DNA of 64,000 nucleotides from Candidatus Omnitrophota bacterium (GCA_025453395.1 JALOQK010000008.1:938-64937); one strand, 5' to 3'. Counted from the stretch's first letter, positions 50,022-58,890 are shown. Notes: a model not told the origin generated them from the letters alone. Made by a program: numbers and translations.

Positions 50022-50094
50022 TCGGGGGAGTGGGACTTGAACCCACGGCCTCAGCGTCCCGAACGCTGCGCTCTACCAAGCTGAGCCACCCCCC
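50022..50094 (-). tRNA. tRNA-Pro (anticodon CGG)
   Basis: rc reads CGGGGGGTGGCTCAGCTTGGTAGAGCGCAGCGTTCGGGACGCTGAGGCCGTGGGTTCAAGTCCCACTCCCCCGA. Cloverleaf with a 7-bp acceptor stem, GTTCAAGTC T-loop and anticodon loop TTCGGGA. Confidence 0.9.
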
Positions 50095-50120
50095 GTTATT
50101 TTCCGAAATTTAACTTTACA

Positions 50121-50149
50121 AGTATAGCAGATTTCCGGCGGGCGAACAA
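50121..50149 (-). promoter_or_regulatory. Candidate promoter for tRNA-Pro
   Basis: Minus strand reads TTGTTC-N17-TATACT, about 20 nt upstream of the tRNA 5' end. Confidence 0.35.
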
Positions 50150-50157
50150 GCGCAAAA

Positions 50158-50724
50158 TTAGACAACGCCATGCATGTCGAATTCCAAATTAACTTTATCT
50201 GAAGGCCCCTTAAAAGACAAGGTGGTATTTTTAAGGGTATGCGGGATAATATAAACAAAAAGGGAATTTGAAAGCTTCTGCATTATAGTCAGGCTTATTC
50301 CATCCACGGCAATAGAACCTTTAGGAGAAACATACTTAATGAATTGCTGAGGAAAGAAAATCTGGAAGAAAGTATTTCCTTCGCGTATGCCTTTCTTGCG
50401 GATAAGCCCTTCACAATGGACATGGCCATTTACTAAATGCCCGGAAACCCTGTCGCCAAATTTAAGCGCCTTTTCCAAGTTCACCTTATCCAAAGGCCTT
50501 AAACTCTTAAGATTGCTATCCTTTAATGTCTGCGGCATTGCCTCAAAAGAAAGCATTTTATCTTTTTGCCCCACCAAAGTAAGGCATACTCCATTGACCG
50601 CTATGCTGTCCCCGAGATTAAGGCCTTCAGTAATCTTAGAAGCGATAATTTGGATAAGCGTAACATTGCCCCGGCGGGAAATAAGATGGACGCTTCCTAA
50701 TTCTTCCACAATTCCGCTAAACAT
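50158..50724 (-). CDS. ribE: Riboflavin synthase alpha subunit (B. subtilis RibE nomenclature)
   Basis: 188 aa. N-terminus MFSGIVEELG and internal duplicated lumazine-binding halves. Confidence 0.9.
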   Translation of the reverse strand: MFSGIVEELGSVHLISRRGNVTLIQIIASKITEGLNLGDSIAVNGVCLTLVGQKDKMLSFEAMPQTLKDSNLKSLRPLDKVNLEKALKFGDRVSGHLVNGHVHCEGLIRKKGIREGNTFFQIFFPQQFIKYVSPKGSIAVDGISLTIMQKLSNSLFVYIIPHTLKNTTLSFKGPSDKVNLEFDMHGVV

Positions 50725-51808
50725 AGGCCTGAAAGAGAAAATCTTCCCCTATTTTATTCACCGTTACATCTTTTAATTTAAAAGCGCTCTGCACTTTTTC
50801 TATGCCTTTGCCCATGACTGAAGAGATTGCCTCTTTCCCCCCGATAATCTTGGGGCTGGTAAAAAACATGATCTTATCCACCAGCTTCTCGTCAAAAAGA
50901 GACCCCACCAATGTGCCTCCGCCCTCTACAAGAATGTTAGTTATCTGAAGCCGGGCCAATTTCTTCAAAGCATCCCTTAAATTCACCTGCCCATTCTGGG
51001 ATTCTTTAACCTCAAGAATCCTCGCCTTAGAAGAAAGATCGCCTCTGTTCTGAGTTTCTTGAGCCGGCTTAACCGGCAGAGTAACAATAATCACTTCGCT
51101 TTTCTTTTTAAAAATATTGGCACCGGGTGGAGTGCTTAACTGACTGTCCACAATAATCTTTTTTAGTTCTTTCTGGGAAAACCAGGGGTCAAGATAAGGA
51201 TTATCCCTTAATACGGTATTAACCCCCACCATGATCGCGTCAAAACCGGCCCTTTTCTGATGGGCAAAAGCGCGAGAACGGTCAGATGTAATCCATTTAG
51301 AATCTCCCGTACGCGTGGCAATCTTTCCGTCTAAAGACTGGGCGATCTTAACAGTAATAAAAGGCACATTCCTGGTAATATATTTAATGAAAACTTCATT
51401 CAATTTTCTCAATTCGTCTTCCATTACTCCAACTTCTACTTTTATCCCATTCTGCTTTAAGATTTCCACTCCCCTTGTATTATTCAATGGGTTTGGATCG
51501 ATCATCCCCACAACAACTTTCTTTATCTTGCTTCTTATGATCGCCTCAATACAAGGAGGAGTCCTGCCGTAATGCGCGCAAGGCTCTAAAGTAACATACA
51601 AACAAGCACCTTCTGCCTTGCTGCCCGCCTGCTCTAAAGCCATAACTTCAGCATGGACACTACCAGCTTTCTTATGATAACCGGTTGCGACTATTTTTCC
51701 GTGCTTTACCAAAACAGCCCCCACCATAGGATTAGGGCTAGTCTTACCCTTGCCTTTTAAAGCAAGCTTCATCGCTTGACGCATATAATACTGATTATTC
51801 TTATTCAT
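50717..51808 (-). CDS. ribD: Bifunctional diaminohydroxyphosphoribosylaminopyrimidine deaminase / 5-amino-6-(5-phosphoribosylamino)uracil reductase
   Basis: 363 aa. Deaminase zinc motifs HAEVMAL and LEPCAHYGRTPPC. C-terminal reductase domain. Confidence 0.92.
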   Translation of the reverse strand: MNKNNQYYMRQAMKLALKGKGKTSPNPMVGAVLVKHGKIVATGYHKKAGSVHAEVMALEQAGSKAEGACLYVTLEPCAHYGRTPPCIEAIIRSKIKKVVVGMIDPNPLNNTRGVEILKQNGIKVEVGVMEDELRKLNEVFIKYITRNVPFITVKIAQSLDGKIATRTGDSKWITSDRSRAFAHQKRAGFDAIMVGVNTVLRDNPYLDPWFSQKELKKIIVDSQLSTPPGANIFKKKSEVIIVTLPVKPAQETQNRGDLSSKARILEVKESQNGQVNLRDALKKLARLQITNILVEGGGTLVGSLFDEKLVDKIMFFTSPKIIGGKEAISSVMGKGIEKVQSAFKLKDVTVNKIGEDFLFQAYV

Positions 51809-52625
51809 TTATTTTCCTGGCTTGTTTTAATTTCTCTACTAACTCATAGGGGATCTTTGCCTGCCCGATTTTCACATCCGGCTTGGCTTTACCATGATAA
51901 TCAGAACCACCGGTAACTAAAAGCTTATACTTATCCGCCATCTCAAGATAATATTGCGTAAGAACAAAATTGTGCTCCGGATAATAAACTTCTAAACCCT
52001 GCAAACCGTAACCGACAAACTCTTCAATAAGCTTGTCGTTTCTTAATAGATAAGGGTGCGCCAATACCGCGATGCCTCCAAAATCCTTGATAAATTTTAT
52101 CGCCTCAATAATAGTAAAACGAAAACCACAGACATAGGCCGGGCCATTATCTCCGATATATTTCTGAAACGCCTCTTGGGTTGTCTTGATCAAGCCCTTT
52201 GCAAACATCGCCCGCGCGACATGCAATCTGCCTACTGTGCCCTCACCGCCAATATCAAAGACATCTTTAGGATCTAAATCCACTCCTATATTCTTTAGCT
52301 TAGAGCAGATTTTATATACGCGTTCTTGGCGGATAGTCTTCAAGGATTCGAGTTTATCTTGAAAACTTTTCGATAAATAATCAATAAAATAACCCAACAA
52401 ATGAACCTCTATCCCGCCATGATCAACGCTAAGCTCTATCCCCGGGATAACTTCCAAGCCCTGCTGTTGGGCGTAAAAGCTGGCGGCAAGCAATCCCGAA
52501 ACAGTATCATGGTCAGTAATCGAAATAGCCGCGAGATTTGTCTTTTTTACTTTAGCAATAAGCTGTTCGGGCTCAACTGTGCCATCGGAAAAAGTAGTAT
52601 GCAGATGCAGATCGGCAAAACTCAT
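51801..52625 (-). CDS. PHP-family (histidinol-phosphatase-like) metal-dependent phosphoesterase embedded in the rib operon
   Basis: 274 aa. N-terminal DLHLHTTFSDG and downstream ITDHD motifs of the PHP domain. 4-8 nt overlaps with nusB and ribD. Confidence 0.8.
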   Translation of the reverse strand: MSFADLHLHTTFSDGTVEPEQLIAKVKKTNLAAISITDHDTVSGLLAASFYAQQQGLEVIPGIELSVDHGGIEVHLLGYFIDYLSKSFQDKLESLKTIRQERVYKICSKLKNIGVDLDPKDVFDIGGEGTVGRLHVARAMFAKGLIKTTQEAFQKYIGDNGPAYVCGFRFTIIEAIKFIKDFGGIAVLAHPYLLRNDKLIEEFVGYGLQGLEVYYPEHNFVLTQYYLEMADKYKLLVTGGSDYHGKAKPDVKIGQAKIPYELVEKLKQARKINE

Positions 52626-53047
52626 AAATCCTTGATGTGTTTTTGTTTTTCCTGCTTGATTTTATCAACAATGCCGTTTACAAACTTTCCGGATTCAGGC
52701 GCGGAGAATTTCTTGGCTAAATCCACAGCTTCATTGATAGCAACCTTAGGCGGAATATCATCGCAAAACATCAATTCATAGCAGCTCAAGCGCAGGACGT
52801 TCCTATCCACCACCGCCATTCTATCCAGCCTCCAGTTAGTGGCATATTGCGAAATGATCTTATCAAGAGCTTCCTTATGGTCAAGCACGCCCTGAACTAA
52901 CTGATTAGCAAAACTCTGCGAAACCTGCTCTACATCTTCACGGCTAGACCAGAAGTCAGGCATAGTCTTATCATCAAACTGGCCTGTTATGTCAATCTGA
53001 TATAAAATCTGCAGAGCGCATTCCCGCGCTAATGTGCGTTTACGCAT
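52622..53047 (-). CDS. nusB: Transcription antitermination factor NusB
   Basis: 141 aa. RECALQILYQ N-terminus. Position after ribH as in many bacteria. Confidence 0.9.
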   Translation of the reverse strand: MRKRTLARECALQILYQIDITGQFDDKTMPDFWSSREDVEQVSQSFANQLVQGVLDHKEALDKIISQYATNWRLDRMAVVDRNVLRLSCYELMFCDDIPPKVAINEAVDLAKKFSAPESGKFVNGIVDKIKQEKQKHIKDL

Positions 53048-53049
53048 TT

Positions 53050-53514
53050 TTAGATTTTCTCCATGATGTTTGCCATCTCTATAGCGCTTATGGCAGCGTC
53101 TTTACCTTTATTGCCGTCTTTGGTGCCAGCGCGTTCAATAGCCTGTTCAATTGTATCAGCGGTAATCACCCCAAAAATAACCGGCAAACCTGCATCTAAA
53201 GAAACCTTGGCTGTGCCTTTTGAAACTTCCGCAGCCACATAATCGAAATGCGGAGTAGAACCGCGTATTACTGTGCCTAAACAGATAAGCGCGTCGTAGG
53301 TTTTAGATTCAGCCATTTTTGATGCTACTAAAGGCAACTCAAATGCCCCCGGCGCCCAAACCAATGTTATATCTTTCTCGTCAGCTCCATGCCTTACCAA
53401 AGTATCAATACAGCCAGCAACCAATTGCTTAGTCACAAAATCATTAAACCGCGAAGCAATGAGCGCGAATTTCTTTTGTTTTGCGATTAAGTTTCCCTCT
53501 ATTGTTTTTACCAT
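53050..53514 (-). CDS. ribH: 6,7-dimethyl-8-ribityllumazine synthase
   Basis: 154 aa. [16 protein letters not shown] and [14 protein letters not shown] motifs. GGAGGA Shine-Dalgarno upstream. Confidence 0.92.
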   Translation of the reverse strand: MVKTIEGNLIAKQKKFALIASRFNDFVTKQLVAGCIDTLVRHGADEKDITLVWAPGAFELPLVASKMAESKTYDALICLGTVIRGSTPHFDYVAAEVSKGTAKVSLDAGLPVIFGVITADTIEQAIERAGTKDGNKGKDAAISAIEMANIMEKI

Positions 53515-53535
53515 GTTTCCTCCTTTTTTTTATCA

Positions 53536-53696
53536 ACTAAATATATAATCCCAATAACCAATGACCAAATCTCAATCACCAAATAAATTCCAATAATCAA
53601 TAACCAATTTACCAAACAGGTTTGGTAAATTGGGCAATTGGTAATTGGTTATTGTTTGATTATTGGTGCTTGATAATTGGTTATTAATCATATGAA
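53536..53696. repeat. Long imperfect palindrome built from CCAAT/ATTGG units between ribBA and ribH
   Basis: Arms ...ccaataatcaataaccaatttaccaaac / gtttggtaaattgggcaattggtaattggttattgtttgattattgg centred on ccaaacaggtttgg (53612-53625). Confidence 0.5.
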
Positions 53697-53719
53697 CTAT
53701 TGATATTTATGCCCACTAT

Positions 53720-54931
53720 TCACCTTATATCTAAATGATGACCCATCTTCTCTTTTTTAGTCTTAAGATACCTGTAATTAACATTGTTAGGCTCTATCTC
53801 TATGGGAAGCCGCTCAACAACTTTAAGCCCATACCCTTCAAGCCCTACTATCTTGCGTGGATTATTGGTCATAAGACGGATATTCTTTATTCCTAAATCC
53901 ACCAAAATCTGCGCCCCAATGCCATAGTCGCGTAAGTCCGGCTTAAAACCTAAAGCCTGATTTGCCTCTACTGTATCAAGGCCTTTATCCTGAAGCGCGT
54001 AGGCGCGGATTTTCTCTACCAAACCAATGCCTCTGCCCTCCTGATTCATGTATAAGATGACACCTTTTTTCTCTTTTTCAATAAGCTGCATGGCTTTTTT
54101 AAGCTGCCTGCCGCAGTCACAACGTAAAGATGAAAAAACATCCCCGGTTAAACATTCTGAATGCACCCTGACTAAAACATTTTCATTGCCAAATTCACCC
54201 ATAGCCAAGACTGTATGCACCTGATTATTCACCAAATCTTTATACAGAATAAGCTTATAAGTACCGTATTCGGTTGGGACATCTGTTTCTGCAACCCGCT
54301 TAATTAATTTTTCATAACGCCTGCGGTACTGAATTAAATCTGCGATGGAACATATTCTTAGGTTATGCCTAGAGGCAAATTCCTTCAACTGAGGCAATCT
54401 TGCCATAGTGCCGTCTTCATTCATGATCTCGCAAATAACCCCGGCCGGATACAAGCCAGCGAGTTTAGCTAAATCCACGCAAGCTTCAGTATGGCCAGAA
54501 CGCACCAAGACCCCGCCCTTCTGCGCCCTTAAGGGAAACAAATGGCCCGGACGGATCAAATCTTCCGGCAAAGACTGCGGATTAATCAACACTTCTATTG
54601 TATGTGCGCGGTCATGCGCTGAAATGCCAGTGGCAATCCCTCTGGAAGCATCCACAGAAACCATCCAAGCGGTAGAAAATTTGTCTTTGTGGAAAGAAAT
54701 GTTTTTATCCATAAACATAGGCCCTAAATTAAGCGCGCTAAGCCTTTCTTCTTCCATGGGCACGCAAATAAGGCCTCTGCCGAATTTAGCCATAAAATTA
54801 ATGTGTTCGGCCTTAACAAAAGAGGCAGCCATCAAAAGGTCGCCTTCGTTCTCGCGGGATTCATCATCCACGACTACGACCATTTTGCCGTTTTTTAAGT
54901 CTTCTAAGATTTCTGGAATTGAGTTAAACAT
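53720..54931 (-). CDS. ribBA: Bifunctional 3,4-dihydroxy-2-butanone-4-phosphate synthase / GTP cyclohydrolase II
   Basis: 403 aa. DHBP synthase N-half (RENEGDL) and GTP cyclohydrolase II C-half with CxxC zinc ligands ([20 protein letters not shown]). Confidence 0.92.
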   Translation of the reverse strand: MFNSIPEILEDLKNGKMVVVVDDESRENEGDLLMAASFVKAEHINFMAKFGRGLICVPMEEERLSALNLGPMFMDKNISFHKDKFSTAWMVSVDASRGIATGISAHDRAHTIEVLINPQSLPEDLIRPGHLFPLRAQKGGVLVRSGHTEACVDLAKLAGLYPAGVICEIMNEDGTMARLPQLKEFASRHNLRICSIADLIQYRRRYEKLIKRVAETDVPTEYGTYKLILYKDLVNNQVHTVLAMGEFGNENVLVRVHSECLTGDVFSSLRCDCGRQLKKAMQLIEKEKKGVILYMNQEGRGIGLVEKIRAYALQDKGLDTVEANQALGFKPDLRDYGIGAQILVDLGIKNIRLMTNNPRKIVGLEGYGLKVVERLPIEIEPNNVNYRYLKTKKEKMGHHLDIR

Positions 54932-55011
54932 AGTTTAGCTGGATATAGTCTAATTTTTTTACATTGTTTCTGATTATACCCGGCGCAACTTGATGCGCCG
55001 GTATGTTGTCT

Positions 55012-55048
55012 TCTACAACAAAAGGCCCGAAGAACATTCTCTTCGGGC
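55012..55048 (-). terminator. Intrinsic terminator of the FMN riboswitch expression platform
   Basis: Minus-strand hairpin GCCCGAAGA-gaatgt-TCTTCGGGC (9-bp stem) followed by CUUUUGUUGU. Confidence 0.5.
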
Positions 55049-55065
55049 GAATAGATATTACTATT

Positions 55066-55376
55066 AATCATCTTCTCTCATCTGGACTTTGCGCAGATAG
55101 CGCACGCCGATCCTTAAAATAGGATCGGGCGACGCCTACTATGCGTGCCTGGCTACCCCCAATTCAATTTGATGAATTGGGGTGCCTTTTCTAGGCTACC
55201 ATCGGTACTGGAATTACACCAGTTCATGCCTGTTTAAGGCTTGCGGACTGTTACACCCGGCGCAATTTGATGCGCCGGTGTGCGCTTGCCTAAGCTACAC
55301 CCGGCGCAATTTGATGCGCCGGTGTGCGCTTGCTGCGCTACCGCCGGTCGGGAATTTCACCCTGCCCTGAAGATTA
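55066..55376 (-). ncRNA. FMN riboswitch (RFN element) in the ribBA leader, with an expanded variable region
   Basis: The 5' part reads CTTCAGGGCAGGGTGAAATTCCCGACCGGCGGTAG and the 3' part AAGTCCAGATGAGAGAAGATGAT, the conserved aptamer termini. It is upstream of the rib operon and followed by a terminator. Confidence 0.75.
55252..55333. repeat. Tandem direct duplication (2 x 38 nt, 44-nt period) of a hairpin element inside the riboswitch, with a third diverged copy at 54977-55003
   Basis: tacacccggcgcaatttgatgcgccggtgtgcgcttgc occurs perfectly at 55252-55289 and 55296-55333. Each copy contains the hairpin ccggcgca-atttga-tgcgccgg. Confidence 0.85.
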
Positions 55377-55382
55377 AGCTTT

Positions 55383-55410
55383 ATTATATAGGTAAAAGTA
55401 TCCTTGTCAA
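55383..55410 (-). promoter_or_regulatory. Sigma70 promoter driving the FMN riboswitch / rib operon
   Basis: Minus strand reads TTGACA-N16-TATAAT. The aptamer begins ~8 nt downstream of the predicted TSS. Confidence 0.5.
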
Positions 55411-55432
55411 TATATTTAATCAAAGGTATAAT
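55404..55432 (+). promoter_or_regulatory. Divergent sigma70 promoter for pncC, giving a near-leaderless transcript
   Basis: Plus strand reads TTGTCA-N17-TATAAT. The -10 ends 8 nt before the ATG at 55441. Its -35 overlaps the minus-strand -35 on the quasi-palindrome cTTGTCAa. Confidence 0.45.
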
Positions 55433-55440
55433 GTTATATT

Positions 55441-55905
55441 ATGGAAACCATTGCCAAACAAATACATACGCTGCTGATTAAGAATAAAAAGACTGTTGCT
55501 GTGGCTGAATCCTGCACTGGAGGATACACCTGCATGCTTCTCACTCAATTTCCAGGCAGTTCTGCTTATTTCTTAGCTGGGATAGTAGCCTATCACAATA
55601 GCTCTAAAACAAAACTATTGGGTATTTCCAAAGAGATCTTAAAAAAACACGGGGCGGTAAGCGCCATTGTAGCAAGAAAAATGGCTGAGCATATCCGTAA
55701 AACTACCGGCGCAAACTTAAGCATCGGAATAACCGGCATTGCCGGCCCATCTGGAGCAACAAAAAATAAACCCATAGGAACAGTATTTATCGGCTTGTCA
55801 GGAAAAAGGCAAATTGTTAAAAGATTTCTATTGCGCGGCACAAGAATGGATATACAGAAAAAAACTGCTTTAAAAGCCTTGCAACTATTAAAAAAAATAA
55901 TATGA
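55441..55905 (+). CDS. pncC: CinA C-terminal-domain protein / NMN amidohydrolase PncC
   Basis: 154 aa. VAVAESCTGG motif and GIAGPSGAT region are typical of the CinA C-domain. Confidence 0.8.
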   Translation: METIAKQIHTLLIKNKKTVAVAESCTGGYTCMLLTQFPGSSAYFLAGIVAYHNSSKTKLLGISKEILKKHGAVSAIVARKMAEHIRKTTGANLSIGITGIAGPSGATKNKPIGTVFIGLSGKRQIVKRFLLRGTRMDIQKKTALKALQLLKKII

Positions 55906-56474
55906 GGGCCTTTATCGCTATAGAACTTGACCTTGCAGCAAAGAAAAAAATATCTTCCCTGCAGCAAGAACTAAAAAACCTGTCTTGCGATGTAAAGTGG
56001 GTTGATAGCGACAACCTGCATTTAACCTTAAAGTTTCTTGGGCAGGTCCCAGAAGAACAAACAGATCAAATCTGTTCTGTGCTGGAGAAGATGGCAAAAG
56101 AAAAAACGCCCTACTCTATTGCCCTTGATTGCATAGGAGCATTTCCAAACCCCAGAAACCCTAAAGTAATCTGGGTGGGAACTAGAAAGCAAAATCAACA
56201 AACACAGAATATATTCAATCAAATAGAAGAGGATTTAAGCCATCTGGGGATACCGAGAGAGGAAAAAGATTTCTCTTGCCACATAACTCTGGGCAGATCA
56301 AGAAATACGCTTAAATGCCAAAGGATTGCCTCAGGCGTAGAGAAACTGGATAAGAAAATACTTGAAAACCCTATTGAATTTACAGTGCAGAAAATAACTC
56401 TTTTTGAAAGCAAGCTCTCAAAGGAGGGGCCGGCTTACCGACAGCTTAAAGCAGCCCACCTTAAAACTGCCTGA
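55902..56474 (+). CDS. thpR: RNA 2',3'-cyclic phosphodiesterase (2'-5' RNA ligase family, ThpR/LigT)
   Basis: 190 aa. Two H-x-T-x motifs (HLTLKFLG and HITLGR). Confidence 0.85.
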   Translation: MRAFIAIELDLAAKKKISSLQQELKNLSCDVKWVDSDNLHLTLKFLGQVPEEQTDQICSVLEKMAKEKTPYSIALDCIGAFPNPRNPKVIWVGTRKQNQQTQNIFNQIEEDLSHLGIPREEKDFSCHITLGRSRNTLKCQRIASGVEKLDKKILENPIEFTVQKITLFESKLSKEGPAYRQLKAAHLKTA

Positions 56475-56911
56475 AGAATCATATTAGTGTAAAAGGCGGC
56501 CACTAAATCATCCGCCACAATCCCCCATCCTGCTTTTGCCGACTGAACAAGATACCCCGGATAGGGCTTAATAGTATCCATGGCCCTGAACAAAATAAAA
56601 GCCATCAGGATTACTTTTACGCTGTAACACGGCAGCAAAGCTAACGCAAGAAGCATCCCAAGGACTTCATCTATCACAACTGCCCCGGGGTCTTTCTTAT
56701 GGAAAAGCCTCTCCGCGCTTTTCCCTAGAGCTACTCCTAAAACAGCTAACAATAAAACCAAAGAAAAATATATGGCCGGGCTTGATTTAACCAATAAAAA
56801 CAAAAATATCCCCGCGATACTGGCGAATGTCCCTGGAGCTGCCGGAAGATAACCAATATAAAAGAATGTAACAATAACCTCAACCAATTTATTTTTAAAG
56901 CGCATTTGCAT
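56435..56911 (-). CDS. pgpA: Phosphatidylglycerophosphatase A
   Basis: 158 aa membrane protein. FFYIGYLPAAPGTFASIAG is the PgpA signature. Convergent 40-nt overlap with thpR. Confidence 0.85.
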   Translation of the reverse strand: MQMRFKNKLVEVIVTFFYIGYLPAAPGTFASIAGIFLFLLVKSSPAIYFSLVLLLAVLGVALGKSAERLFHKKDPGAVVIDEVLGMLLALALLPCYSVKVILMAFILFRAMDTIKPYPGYLVQSAKAGWGIVADDLVAAFYTNMILQAVLRWAALSCR

Positions 56912-56995
56912 GTTCTTAATCTTATTGGATAGAATGAGTAGTTAGTATGGGTAGCAAGGTTAGGATGAGAATTAGAATGAGGGAAATATTCTTAA

Positions 56996-57051
56996 TAATT
57001 CCCCGCAACCCACCCCCATCCCCGACTCACAACTCAGAACTCAGAACTCAT
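56996..57051. repeat. C-rich (G4-prone on minus strand) tract followed by an (AACTCAG)x3 heptamer array
   Basis: ccccgcaacccacccccatcccc then gactcac aactcag aactcag aactcat, in the pgsA-pgpA intergenic region. Confidence 0.6.
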
Positions 57052-57058
57052 CCTATCT

Positions 57059-57637
57059 TTAAAGCTTAGTAATAATCTTACGATTCTTCCAGAAATAAGA
57101 AAAACCCGAATAGAGTGTCATGCCCACGGTAATAAACATTAAGATATTTATCCCCTGACGGAAGAATTGTTCCCAACCCGGGCTCCAGTTAAAATATTCT
57201 AACATTGTTTCCTTAAGCACGATAAACCCTAAGATAAGAAGGATCGCCGCCATTTGGGAGACTGTTTTATGTTTTCCGGAACGGCTGGCTGAAAGGACTT
57301 TTCCTTTATTAAGCGCAAACAGCCTTAATGATGTTACCAGCAACTCACGTGATATAATAAACACAAACATCCACGCATCAATCAATTGCATCTGCACGAA
57401 TACCGCGAAAGCTGAAATCACAAGGATCTTATCTGCAATAGGGTCCATAAGCTTGCCGAAATCCGTGACCATGTTCCTTTTATGGGCGATCCTGCCGTCA
57501 AAATAATCTGAAATAGCCGCCAAGATAAATACTGCCAAGGCTATGATCTTTGCCCAAAGCCCGTGCACAAACAAAAAGAACATGAACACAAACGATAAAA
57601 TAATCCTTAACACAGTCAAACGATTAGCTAAATTCAT
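57059..57637 (-). CDS. pgsA: CDP-diacylglycerol--glycerol-3-phosphate 3-phosphatidyltransferase
   Basis: 192 aa. CDP-alcohol phosphatidyltransferase motif DYFDGRIAHK...DPIADK. Confidence 0.9.
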   Translation of the reverse strand: MNLANRLTVLRIILSFVFMFFLFVHGLWAKIIALAVFILAAISDYFDGRIAHKRNMVTDFGKLMDPIADKILVISAFAVFVQMQLIDAWMFVFIISRELLVTSLRLFALNKGKVLSASRSGKHKTVSQMAAILLILGFIVLKETMLEYFNWSPGWEQFFRQGINILMFITVGMTLYSGFSYFWKNRKIITKL

Positions 57638-58890
57638 CAGATTGCCTCTCCTACCAAGTCGTATTCCATGGTATCTGTAATCTTAACTCTTACTAAATCG
57701 CCCGCCAAGAGTTTTCTCTTGAACTTTACAAAAACGTTTCCGTCAACTTCCGGAGCATCATGCTGGCTTCTGCCGATATAAACGCCATTTTCTTCTTCTT
57801 CAATAAGCACATCAACAACCTGCCCCATCATGCGCAGATTAACACCAGTGGATATCTGCTGCTGTAGTTGCATAATCTGATCAAAACGCTCCTGTTTAAC
57901 TTTCTCAGGGACCTGATTCTTCATTTTAAATGCCGGGGTGCCTTCTTCCGGAGAATAAATAAAAACCCCCAGCCTTTCAAATTTAACTTCTTTAACAAAA
58001 TTCAAAAGCTGTTTAAAATCTCTATCCGTCTCTTGAGGAAAACCCACGATAAAAGCTGTCCTGATAGCTGCCTGCGGGATTTTTCCCCTTATTGCGCCAA
58101 TTATCTGGCGAATATTATTTTGTGAAACACTCCTGCGCATCAACTTCAGGATGCGATCTGAAATATGCTGCAACGGCAGATCTATATACTTAAGAAGCCG
58201 CCTGTTATAACGCATAATCTCAAGCAGATCATTAATAACTTTGATGTCCGGATAAAGATATAACAAACGTACCCAATCAATATTCCGGGTATTTTCTAGT
58301 ATCTTCTTTACAAGCAAAGATAACCTGCTTTGCCCGTATAGGTCGCGCCCGTAAGAACTTATATCCTGCCCAATGATATTAAGTTCACGCACACCCTGTT
58401 TATCAAAGAGCTTTGCCTGTTTTATTAAGGTTTCAAGGGGTAAACTTTTTAAGCGGCCCTTGATCTTTGGGATGATACAAAAGCTGCAGCTGTTGAAACA
58501 CCCCTCGCAAATCTTTAAATACGCCAGATGATTAGCTGTCAGCGGATACCTTTTATTTTGGGCGGACAAATCAAAACTGCCGATAAAGGCATCAACCTCG
58601 GGTAACTCTTTTTGCAACTTTTCTTTATACCTTTGCGCCAAGCAACCGCAGACGATAATCTTCTTAATTTTCCCGGACTTTTTAAGCTGGATCAAATCAA
58701 GTATTACGTCAATGGACTGCTTCTTGGCATCATTTATAAAAGAACAGGTATTAACTATCCCCGTGTCTGCTTTATCAATATCAACTATTTTATAGCCCTT
58801 ACGGTCAAGCTGGCCAAGCAATAGCTCTGAATCTACTAAGTTGCGCGCACAGCCTAAACTTATGATGCCGATCTTCTTCTCTGGCAGCAT
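57637..58890 (-). CDS. rimO: Ribosomal protein S12 methylthiotransferase RimO (MiaB-like radical SAM)
   Basis: 417 aa. N-terminal MTTase domain KIGIISLGCARNLVDSE, radical SAM CEGCFNSCSFC cluster, C-terminal TRAM domain. Confidence 0.85.
   Translation of the reverse strand: MLPEKKIGIISLGCARNLVDSELLLGQLDRKGYKIVDIDKADTGIVNTCSFINDAKKQSIDVILDLIQLKKSGKIKKIIVCGCLAQRYKEKLQKELPEVDAFIGSFDLSAQNKRYPLTANHLAYLKICEGCFNSCSFCIIPKIKGRLKSLPLETLIKQAKLFDKQGVRELNIIGQDISSYGRDLYGQSRLSLLVKKILENTRNIDWVRLLYLYPDIKVINDLLEIMRYNRRLLKYIDLPLQHISDRILKLMRRSVSQNNIRQIIGAIRGKIPQAAIRTAFIVGFPQETDRDFKQLLNFVKEVKFERLGVFIYSPEEGTPAFKMKNQVPEKVKQERFDQIMQLQQQISTGVNLRMMGQVVDVLIEEEENGVYIGRSQHDAPEVDGNVFVKFKRKLLAGDLVRVKITDTMEYDLVGEAI

Noticed and set aside
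55593-56014. Minus-strand ORFs (124 and 65 aa) overlapping pncC/thpR.
   Set aside because: Antisense to two well-supported plus-strand genes. No motifs. Spurious.
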